Position numbers and translations under genes: made by a program. The notes under the pieces were generated by a model. It did no database searches and was not told where the DNA came from. It was given only the letters and a program-made list of their open reading frames with translations. Shown here piece after piece: positions 36,291 to 46,778 of a stretch of DNA of 46,778 bases. Numbering within the stretch: the stretch's first letter is position 1; each line of letters opens with the position of its first letter. Origin of the DNA: Xylographa opegraphella (taxonomy: Eukaryota); the NCBI GenBank assembly GCA_022813865.1, contig JALDZX010000095.1, forward strand, positions 1-46,778. The letters are read 5' to 3'.

Positions 36291-39200
36291 ATGTCTTCGT
36301 GGGCAGACTCATCGCCAGGGATGCAGATGGAGCGTGTGCCGGTAAACGGACACGATCCTGAAGAAGATGGTGGACAATATCCCAAGCCGCCTTTACAGCG
36401 GAAGAAGATCGTCGTGGTCGGACTTGGGATGGTAGGTATAGCATTCATGTAAGTAATGCCACGACAGGCCCGTTACAGAGACCGCCCGAGCTTCGCTGAT
36501 AATATGGCTCGCTTCAGAGAAAAGTTACTCAAGATGGACTCGAAAAGGCGCGAGTATGACATCGTTGTCATAGGAGAGGAATCGCATCTTGCATACAATC
36601 GAGTGGGCTTGACGAGCTTCTTCCAGCATCGCAAAGTGGAGAACTTATACTTGAATCCTCAGGATTGGGTGAGCTCTCCTCCCACTCGTGAAACTTGAGG
36701 AGCTCGATCTGATAGCTATTGATTTTTTCTAGTATACAAATACTCCGGCAGGCGCCCTGAACTACCATCTCAATACCATGGTAACGGAAATACATACCCA
36801 GGAGAAACTCGTGTCAACCTCGAATGGTGACACCGTCCCTTATGATATGCTTGTTCTTGCAACCGGGTCCGATGCCCTTCTTCCTCGCCATACTCCTGGC
36901 CATGATGCGAAGGGGGTCTTTGTGTACCGCACAATCGGGGACTTACAGAAATTAATTGATTATGCCGCTACAGTCAAAGAGACCACCGGCGCAGTGGTAG
37001 GTGGAGGATTACTGGGTTTGGAGGCTGCAAAGGCAATGATGGATCTCGAAACTTTCAACCAGGTCAAACTGATCGAGAGAAATAGATGGGTATTGAGCAG
37101 ACAACTTGATGCGGAAGCCGGAGGGATGGTCGTAGATTTGGTTCGACAGCTCGGCTTGGATATCTTACTCAGCAAAAGGGTCGGGAAGATAGAAGTTGAC
37201 GAGAACAATACGGTCAAGGGTGTCGTCTTCGAAGATGGTGAACGCATGGACTGTACTTGCATTATGTTCGCGATCGGCATTAGGGCGAGGGACGAGTTAG
37301 CCAGGAAGGCTGGCATCAAATGTGCAGACCGCGGCGGCGGAATTGTGATTGATGGAGATCTCATGACCAGTCAGAAGGACATATACGCGATAGGAGAATG
37401 TGCAAGTTGGGAGAGCGAAACTTTCGGACTGATCGCACCTGGCATCGAGATGGCTGAGGTTTTGGCTTTCAACTTGACTCAAGCCAAAGTGCATGCTCCA
37501 AGGAAATTTAAGAGACCTGACCTGAGCACAAAGTTAAAGTTGCTTGGTGTCGAGGTAGCAAGTTTTGGAGACTTTTTTGCTGATAGAGATGGACCAAAAT
37601 CTCTACCAGTCAGAAGTCATGCCGCAAAGAAGCAGGCTAACGGTACGCCCGGTGCTCAAGACCAGGTGAAGATCATCACTAATGGACCGGCTCCCCCACC
37701 AGTTAAGGCGCTCACTTACAAGGATCCTTTTAATTCTGTGTACAAAAAATACCTGTTCACGGTTGACGGTAAGTACCTCCTCGGCGGCATGATGATCGGA
37801 GACACAAAAGATTACGTCAAACTGGTTCCGATGGTCAAGAACCAGAAGCCTCTGGAAATTCCGCCCAGCGAATTCATTCTTGGAGCCGCGAAAGAAGGCG
37901 AAGAGGGCGGGGATGACTTGACCGACGATACACAGATTTGCTCCTGCCACAATGTCACAAAAGGAGACGTAGCGACAGTGGTCAAAAATGGAACTTGCAA
38001 AAGCATAGGAGAAGTCAAGTCATGTACCAAGGCTGGAACAGGATGTGGAGGTTGCATGCCTTTGGTGCAATCGATCTTCAATACTCAAATGAAGGCTATG
38101 GGTAACGAAGTGTCGAACCATCTCTGCCCACATTTCGCACATTCTCGAGCAGATCTTTTCAATATCATATCCGTCAAGAAGATTGAGGACTTTCCGTCCA
38201 TTATGAAGGAAGCAGGAAAAGATGCCCAATCGTTGGGATGCGAAGTTTGCAAGCCTACGATTGCCTCTATCTTAGCTTCTCTCTATAATAAGCACATTAT
38301 GGACAAATCTCTCAACGGACTCCAAGAAACAAACGACAAATTCCTGGCAAATATCCAAAGGAACGGAACCTTTTCCGTCATACCGAGAGTATCCGCAGGT
38401 GAAATAACTCCGGATAAGCTAATCGCCATGGGTACAGTAGCTAAGAAATACAATCTTTATTGCAAGATTACCGGCGGTCAGCGTATTGATTTATTCGGTG
38501 CCAAAAAGCAGGACCTGCCTGATATATGGACGGAGCTCATCGCTGCAGGACTAGAGTCTGGCCACGGTTATGCCAAGTCTCTCCGAACAGTAAAATCCTG
38601 TGTTGGCACGACCTGGTGCCGCTTTGGTATCGGCGATAGTGTTGGCATGGCTGTCCGTCTCGAAGAGCGCTACAAATCTATCCGCTCTCCTCACAAGATC
38701 AAGGGAGGTGTCTCCGGGTGCGTGCGGGAGTGCGCCGAAGCGCAGAACAAGGACTTTGGTCTTATAGCAACCGAGAAAGGCTTCAACGTCTTCGTCGCTG
38801 GAAACGGAGGCAGTAAACCTCGCCACTCAGAGTTGCTTGCTAAAGACGTACCTCCGGATGACGTGGTCCCCATCCTCGATCGCTATCTCATGTTCTACAT
38901 CCGTACGGCCGATAAACTCCAACGTACTGCCCGCTGGATGGAGAACCTCCCAGGAGGCATCAACTATCTCAGGCAAGTCATCCTCGAGGACAAGCTTGGC
39001 ATCTGCGCCTCGCTCGAAGAGCAAATGAATGCCCTCGTCGGCACCTTCTTCTGCGAATGGACCGCCGTACTCAACGATCCGAAGCTCCGTGCCAACTTCA
39101 CCCAATTCGCCAACACAACTGCCACGCTCCCCGTCATGGAGAATGTCGAAGACCGCGGGCAGACCCGACCGGCCTATTGGCCGCACGGTAAAGTGACCCA

Positions 39201-39876
39201 AGATTTCCGCGGCACGAAGTGGACCTCGCTCGCCTGGCAGCCGATGCTGGAGACTTCTTACTTCGCCGACAAAGTCGACCTCCCCAACGGCGCCTCCGCT
39301 GCCCTCAAGCGCGGTGACACTATGCTCGCCCTCTTCTACCTCAAAGGTAGGTACTACGCTACCCAGCAGATGTGCCCGCACAAGCGCGCCTTCGTCCTCG
39401 CCGACGGCCTGATCGGCGACACGCCCACCGCCGCCGTCCCGCTCTCCGACCGCAAAGCTGGCGCTGCTGCCGGCACTTCGACCGGCGGGTCGGACCCTGG
39501 CCCGGATACTTCGAGCCTCTACGTCAGCTGTCCGAATCACAAGCGTAACTTTACGCTCAACGGTTCGGATGCGGGTAAGTGCTCCAACGACGCGGACGTG
39601 AGTATCGCGACGTTTGCGGTCGAAGAGCGGGAGGATGGATGGATCTATGTGAAGCTGCCGCCGGTGGAGGAGCTGGACGCGGTGCTAGGGACGAAGAAGT
39701 GGATGACAAAGGCGAGCGAGACGGAGGATCCGTTCAAGAAGCTGGATGCGAAGCTGAAAGGGACTAGAAGTAAGAAGGTGTTGGGTGGGGCTGGAGAAAT
39801 GGGAAGGCGGGTCGGTGGGTTCGAGGTCAAGGTGGGAGGAGAGCGGGGCGGGGGCGGGGGCGGGATCGATTGGTAA
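36291..39876 (+). CDS. niiA: Assimilatory NAD(P)H nitrite reductase (FAD, BFD-like 2Fe-2S, siroheme/4Fe-4S and Rieske-like domains)
   Basis: [42 protein letters not shown]...[52 protein letters not shown]; 2 introns near the 5' end. Confidence 0.97.
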
Positions 39877-41781
39877 AGGAGGAGTAGCTGGGTTTGGGGG
39901 TTATGAAGGATGTATCATAGACAGATAGATTACATCGCATTGTTGAAATTGCTCTTGAATCGCCACAAGTTCTCGTCTCAAGAATTCGACTTGGGCGCCA
40001 GTGGTCGAAAGTCTCTCAGTGGTGCCTAGTAGCAACATGACATTGCTAAACCCCAACTCCCATACCTAGTCCATGGTTGAATTTCGCGTCAGGGTTTCCT
40101 ATCCAGCTGTTGGCTGTAGCCCAGGAAGAATATGTGGCATCCAGTACCGTACCCGATACATGTGCTGGTCAGGATTAAGTAGTCCACCAACGAATACCCG
40201 CACTAGCCAGAAACCTGCCGTTGGACTGCCCGTTTACATATCCACTCAGATGTAGGTGCGAGCGCTCCTCGTAGCGATATTTGTAGCGAGATTTTGGTGA
40301 GTATACGTGCATATCATTCACCACTACACATACTTTTTAAAACAGAGGTTCATTCACAGACGTGATTCCGGAAGTTCGGCAGCTGCCATGAGTATGCTGC
40401 CGGGGAATCTCGAGGTCGATGAGTAGATCCGTTGTTGATCGGGAGATCGAGAGACTGCGAAGTGCGATATTGTCTCTGTAGTAAAAAGATTTGGACTTAT
40501 TGCCACTTCTACAATTGCCTCCAACAACGATCGATTGTAAACTATGCTAGTCGCAATCCGCACTGGTGCGACGACTTGTGCTGTTCCTTGAGTATTGGTT
40601 AGCCTAAAGCAAAGCCGATAAGTTGCAGGTATACATGACACAAGTAATAATGATAGCTCCAATGTTCCCGTAGCACTGAACAAGCTCAGATCAATGAATC
40701 GCAGGCCGATATCTCCAAATCCCTCGGGCGACGGCGGGGGCGACCGATCATGACGTTACAGTTGTTCTTCTAATTAAATTACTCCAAGAGCATAACTTTC
40801 TTGCTGGCAGTCTTGGACTGTACCTCGAATGTTCTTCTAAGAACGGAGTACCAATTGATGCTGCAAAAACACGACCACAGAAAAGGACAGGGTGCTCCGA
40901 GTAGGGATGTGTGCTAGCATCAGGCTGAGATGTTGCATTCCACAGGTTTGCTGCGCCATACCTATATGACCTTGTAATTGTAAGCAGTGCTATAGTCAAC
41001 TGTTCTGCTATATGCCTGCATAAAGTGCGCCGAAGACGATCTATCGTACTGAACGACTGTCACAAGGCATTTCCGACACTGTGAAAGGCCCAGTGAGAAT
41101 CATATGCCCACAACAGCCATCGCAGCTTATCTCCTCATTTCACGGGCGGAGTACCACTAATAGTAGTGCACAGTATCGACGATACCTCTTCCGAAGTCGA
41201 CGCAGTAAGGTAGTTTCCATGCTGACGGCATGCCAGTGTACAAGAATTCCAAGATTGAAGGGTGAAAATTACTCGATCACATGTAGGGCCTCACACATCT
41301 GCTGCAGTAGTAGAGGACTTGTATCCTCGCACGAGGGCTGAGTAATACATTACGCGGCTGTATATTCATAGCTTCACACAAACATTGCACTCGCGCTGCC
41401 GAGCTCCTCATCATTAATAGCCAATGAAAACAACGATACATAGAAATTGTATAAAACCCAAAATGTTTTTTTATGTGGGATGGCTTCAAGGAAGGACCCG
41501 ACAAACTAAGCCGTTCCGCCTGATGGTGGCTATCAACAGTGCAAAGAGCGGCACACATACGGACCGTACGGGACCTCAAAATAGTTTTAGGAGCTTTTGA
41601 TAGATCCTCCGTAAGGCTGAGTTAAGCGCGATATTTATGAATGCTAAGCGCGAAGCTCTTTTACGTATGGCGCCGTAGAAGTACAGACGATTCCTATGAT
41701 AATCCTCAGTCGTCATCTATTATCTAGAATTTTATTGATCGCTCTCCTCAGACCCAAGTACCAGATTCCCGAGGTCTCAAG

Positions 41782-43452
41782 ATGTCGGACGGACGGATAA
41801 TGAAGCCTGACAAGGACTTCACTAAGGAGGCCGACAAGCAAATCCCGGAAGCAGAAGAGCTTGCCAAAGTAATCCTCTTATTTCTATAGTCACACTTGAC
41901 TCTAGCTAAAGCTCTGGATGTCAGAATAATGTACAATCAGCTATTGAAAAGCTCTCTCTGCTGGAAAAGCACACCCGGCAAGTGTGTAGAGCTCATCCAT
42001 CAGCTTTGTCTTTAAAGCTAAAGAAACCGGGTTAGGCCTCGGACCTCGCCTCAACGTCACGTTTACTCGTTGCTATCGTCACAATATGTAAAGATTCTGG
42101 AGACTGGGGTCTACTTAATGAACAGGTCCTGCTTCTATCGAAGAAGCATGGACAACTCAAGCAAGCCATAACGAAGATGGTTCAAGTGGTCATGGGATTT
42201 ATAGATGAAGCGCCTAGCCAGCCAGCAAAGCTATCCGTAATTGAGACGCTACGGACTGTAACAGAAGGAAAGGCGAGTGTAATTTTTCTGCCTTGGATAT
42301 ATTTGTTGCTAATTATTATCTAGATTTTCGTTGAAGTAGAGCGGGCCCGGGTTACACGCATACTTTCGGATATGAAAAAGGAGCAGGGTGATCTTGATGC
42401 TGCCGCGAATATCTTGTGTGAACTGCAAGTCGAAACTTTCGGGTCGATGGAGAGGCGGGAGAAGACTGAATTCATCCTCGAGCAAGTTTCCTTATGTATA
42501 GAAAAGGGAGACTGGACACAAGCAGGTATTCTGAGTCGGAAGATTGGCACAAAGCAATTCAACCGGAAGCCTACGCGGACGTCCGAACAAATTGAGAAAG
42601 ATAATAAGGAGCGCGAAGTGAAAGAGAAGAATCGCAGTGCAGACGATCCACCGATAGAGAAGGAAGACGACGTCACGGATCTCAAATTGAGGTATTACGA
42701 GCAACAAATCACACTGGCCAAGCACGAAGACAAGTACTTGGATGTCTGCAAACACTACCGCCAAGTTCTTGACACCGAATCCGTTGAAAAAAACCCAGAT
42801 CAGCTGCACGCGGTAAGCTTTTCAGATTCATCTCATGGAAATCTACTGATTGATATTGCAGGTTCTTCAACGTGTCATCTACTATGTTATCCTCGCCCCT
42901 TACAACAACGAGCAATCTGATCTTCTCCACCGTACAAATATCGAAACCCGCAATAACCTCGTTCCTACCGAGGCCACTCTTCTAAAGCTCTTTACCGTCC
43001 CAGAGTTAATGCGATGGCCCATAGTCGCCGAGAAATTTGGGCCTCACCTCTGCACTACTGACGTCTTCGCTTCCACTTCATCTTCCTCCGACCCAAAAGC
43101 CCACAACCGCTTCCTTGACCTGCGAAAGCGCGTCATAGAGCACAACGTACGTGTGATCGCAAAGTATTACACGCGGATCTCTATGCCACGTCTCTGCCAA
43201 CTGCTAGATCTTGAGGGTGAGGAGACGGAGAAGTACATCAGTGAGCTTGTTACCGCGAAGACGGTCTACGCGAAGATCGATAGGCCAGCGAAGGTGGTAA
43301 GCTTCGCGAAAACAAGGGATGCGGATGATGTATTGAATGAGTGGAGCGGGAGTATGAGGAGTTTGTTAGGGCTGCTCGAACGGATCGATCACTTGATCAC
43401 GAAGGAGGAGATGATGGCACGGATTATGCCTCGGGAAGGCAAGGTCCATTGA
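41782..43452 (+). CDS. RPN5: 26S proteasome regulatory subunit Rpn5 (PSMD12)
   Basis: MKPDKDFTKE, LEKHTRQASDLASTSR, LSKKHGQLKQA, TVTEGKIFVEVERAR, ELQVETFGSM and PCI domain LRKRVIEHNVRVIAKYYTRI...YAKIDRP...HLITKEEM; 4 introns. Confidence 0.96.
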
Positions 43453-44543
43453 TCTGCTGCAGCGGTTATCTTTGTACACGCCTTTGAGCCGGAGCCGCCT
43501 CTGTAATTTCAAGAATGGGAGTAAGCCAAGCTGACCAGTGCCATTTTAGACACCATGGCTACCTGTGTATGGCGATTCAGCGGACATGTGTCCTTCCGCA
43601 AGTTCAGCCAGACGAATACATCGAGCAATCAGCTGTCTACAGCACCGGGGCTCTAATTCGCCACGTGAGTTTTGGTACCAGCCGTCACAATACAGTAATG
43701 ATATGTAATATCTGTCTTCCGAGCTATAAGAGGAGTCACTGGTCTTTGTACACAGGATCAAACATATAGGTAAGGTAGGTAGTAACCATCAATTGCACGA
43801 ACGCCCGTAGCGAGAGCCCCAGACTTCCCTTGAAAATCGTTCCTGCGCTCCTCTCATCAGCCACAAATCACCTGCAACTCTCTTGTTCCCCCACCCACCT
43901 CCCCTTCCCCCCATCCTCAGCCCTTTTGCTCCCCATTCACTTTCTCATCAAGCGCTCTCCAGCTCAGCAACGTGCCGCGGCCGCCTCACCCGCCAATGGG
44001 TACGGTGCACCCGTCCGACACACGACCACTTGCATTCGGAATCGAAGGTATTCTCGACTTACAAGTCGTACGACTCTGCGTGGAAAGACATGCTTAAAGC
44101 GCAGGTTCGAGGTAGTGGAGGTATAGGTGCGAAAGATGTGGATGGTGGGGTGAAGAGGATGGAGAGGGTTAGGGAATGAAGGAGGGGGGGGGGATGGGGT
44201 TTGGAGCTGAGGTGCGCAGGACTGAAAGACGGGCGTGTAGGCTGGCTACAGCAGCGAGAAGTTCTCAGATCAAAAATCCGGAAACAGCTTGGTAATCAAA
44301 TGGGCAAACCACATGTGAAGCGAGAGTCTCCCCAGTGAAATTTGAAGTGGTGTCTATAACCTGTACACCAATTTGCAGTCAGTATCAGAACTTCTTGAGG
44401 ATATCTCTGCTATCTCAATCCAGACTCCTACGCTTCCATCGCTGCGGAATCGGTTCGTCTCATGGTCTGTTGACCTCCGTGCATTTCACTTCCCGCTCGC
44501 TCGCTCTCATGATAAGTTTCCCCGCTTTCCATGTGTCTACTCC

Positions 44544-45755
44544 TCAAGCCACCGGACTCCATGGCATCGGAATGAGAACCCGACTTCGCATTTTCTGGAT
44601 CAGAGGTACAGTCTTGTGTACGGTGTCTCCCCAACCCTCCACTCCCCAACTCAGCTCTCTTCGTGCCTTTCTCTCTTCCAGATCTGCAAACTGCCATAGA
44701 TGATGAACTGTGTTCAGATCTCCAACTTGCACAAACCAAGCGCCCACTCCTTCCATTACTTCTCTTCTTGCTTTCAATCCTTTCCGCCAATGAGTTTCCC
44801 ATTCGAGGAGGTTTCCAGGGTGGAGGGTGTAAGAGCGGAGTTCGAAGAGACCACCAAGTTTCCGAGGTGGTGTTGTAGGCCAGAAGGAGAATTCCTGCAT
44901 GAGGGACGTCTCTTTGTGGGTTATCAACTTCTTGAGGTGGGTATCGAACGCAGGGAACTCGGGGTGAGAGGCAATAGAGTGGAGGGATGTATGATAGCCA
45001 TGATATCGCTGGTATTCCCAAATATGGACTATGAAATCAAGATCAGCCCGGTGTGACATGAGAGGAACCCTATAGTGTAGCTATAAAAACGAGAGTGTCG
45101 TACCAAAAGTGTCACAGTCCCCGACTTCTGTTCTCCAACTTCCCACGAGATGGACATGGTTCTCCTCAAGACTGGCCATCCGAGGATACCAATCCCCAAC
45201 CAATTTGATGTATTCGTCCACTTTGTCCGGTTTGACTTGGTGGAAGACGATCGAGTGGACGTATTTGCCCCTTGCTAGCACTTGTGAAAACGATTTTTCG
45301 ATATCTTGGTCCATCTGCTGGCCTTCTTTTGTACCGTATATCAGCGAGGAGAGTGCACCTTTCCGCTTCGAGGTTTCGTGCTGCGAAGTCGACTCGCGTG
45401 CTTGTTCTGCAGAGTGCGTAGATAGTGAGCCCAAGGAAAATTTACCCGCGTAATCAGCCGCAATGCTGGCATCGTTTGTTTCTTGGGCAATAGCAGTATT
45501 GGTAAAGGACGAAGCAGAAGCAGAAGTGGACGCGGGAGTGGAAGTATTGACCAACTGACTGTCTTGCTGTTCTTTAGCCTGTTGTGCTGTCCTTACAGAA
45601 TCACGAAACTCCTTCTGACGAGCATCAAACGCTGCTGCGCCATTAGGAGTGATGTCTGCGAGAGAAGGGGTTTTCCGATACGGTGTAGCGGTAGCGAAGG
45701 TGCGAAGGAATGCAGAAGGGTGCTTGGGGTTCAGGATCAGACGTCGCGTGAGCAT
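44544..45755 (-). CDS. NIPSNAP family mitochondrial protein
   Basis: Presequence-like N-terminus, SFSQVLARGKYVH, HLVGSWRTEVGDCDTF|VHIWEY, GGLFELRSYTLHPGNLLEWETHW, GAWFVQVGDLNTVHHLWQF, GWGDTVHKTVPLI; 1 intron. Confidence 0.93.
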
Positions 45756-46290
45756 TGTGCGGGTGAGGGAGCGTTAGAATGATGATGCTGAAGGGCCGGC
45801 AGCACCAAGAGTTGGAATGCAGAAGGTCGGTGACCAACAACGCGTGCTGAGCCGGTGAGCCCGATGACTTCGAGCAATGGCACAGGAGAGAGAGATACAG
45901 TGCGGTGCGAAACAGCAGCGGGCTGGGCAGGAAGAACAGCTAAGGCAGACAGCCCGACTTCCGACTGGTGTGGGTGAATTGGCGGCAGAGTACCTACGGA
46001 GCAAGGTACCCAGCTGAGCAGGTCGGTAGCAACGAGACCGCATGTCGCAATATGGGACCCCTATTTCGGGCCCATTATTGACCGATGACCGAATGTTCAG
46101 ATCGGCCGATCGAACATCGTCCTGACCAGATATTATGTTCGATCAGGTGATGCATATGTAACCCTACGTAACCCTAAAGTAGCCTATATAATTAGCGTTA
46201 TTTACGTAGCCTTTACAATATCATCACGTTTTTTATATATTATATTATACTGATCAATTATCTATAATTATAATATATTATTATATAATT

Positions 46291-46480
46291 TGTTGAATTT
46301 AATCACTAGGCACAGGGGTTTTGGCAGCCGATAGCAGTGCATTGCTTAATCACTAAGAAGGTGAAGAGTTCTCCTGAAGCGGAAGCTTCAGAAGACTCTT
46401 CGAGTCCTGTACTAAGCTAGTCCTAATTGGCTATAATACAAGCCGACAACACAGGCTATTAACCCCCTGGATTTTCAACA
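46291..46480 (-). mobile_element. 3' LTR (190 bp) of a Ty1/copia element
   Basis: TGTTGAA...TTCAACA inverted termini. On the minus strand it directly follows the pol stop and PPT-like TGAGTAGAAG (46490-46481). Confidence 0.85.
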
Positions 46481-46487
46481 CTTCTAC

Positions 46488-46778
46488 TCAGCCTTTATTG
46501 TAACATCCCCTAACGACTGCAGCACTCCTACTGCTTAACATACCCAGAAGCCTTGTAAACTGCTTATATTTAGTAGGATTTAGTACCTTAGTTAGCCCGT
46601 CCGCGGCCATATCCTGTGTAGGCACGTACGTCACCTTGATTCGATTTTGCTTTGCCAGGTCTTGAATATGGTGATAAATTACGTCGATGTGCTTGGAGCG
46701 TTCATGAAAATATGGGTTCTGGGTGAGCGCTAGCGAGCCCTGATTGTCCCCCCTAAGGTCTCCGCAGTAGGGGTCCGC
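46488..46778 (-). mobile_element. Ty1/copia pol C-terminus (RNase H), running off the window
   Basis: Open frame ...GDNQGSLALTQNPYFHERSKHIDVIYHHIQD...VTYVPTQDMAADGLTKVL...G* carries the canonical copia RNase H motifs DNQ, KHID and ADGLTK. Confidence 0.93.

Noticed and set aside
38827..39540. 237-aa minus-strand ORF
   Set aside because: Antisense shadow of the GC-rich part of niiA.
46158..46178. TAACCCT twice, telomere-like
   Set aside because: Only two non-adjacent units; not a telomeric array.
46481..46512. Alternative copia LTR start at 46505 (AGGGGA-TGTTA on the minus strand)
   Set aside because: The pol frame reads through it to the stop at 46490-46488, and the 46480 end gives the better inverted terminus with 46291.
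1..46778. CRISPR arrays, rRNA genes and bacterial-type operons
   Set aside because: No regularly spaced repeat-spacer array or rRNA-like sequence; the genes are eukaryotic with spliceosomal introns.

Overview
Intron-containing genomic DNA of a filamentous ascomycete (Pezizomycotina; GT-AG introns with CTRAC/CTAAY branch points). A gene island of about 43 kb lies between two transposon blocks. The left block (1-2480) is AT-rich and RIP-like mutated, with LTR relics and a short repeated element. The right block (about 46050-46778) carries the 3' end and LTR of a Ty1/copia retrotransposon. Genes in order: a PTH11-like rhodopsin-domain membrane protein, a 3-exon secreted precursor with LxxR motifs and a 17-dipeptide X-Ala/X-Pro run (the best candidate for something undescribed), BOS1 SNARE, a hypothetical membrane protein, an OM14-like protein that needs a 2-nt microexon, a secreted Ser/Thr-rich Cys-motif protein, septin CDC3/AspB, POM33, a SulP/STAS transporter, an atypical pepsin-like protein lacking both DTG motifs, tandem nitrate reductase (niaD) and nitrite reductase (niiA) with GATA and NirA/NIT4-type sites but no nitrate transporter, RPN5 (probable GC-AG intron) and NIPSNAP. 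All identifications come from manual translation and recalled family motifs; no database searches were run.
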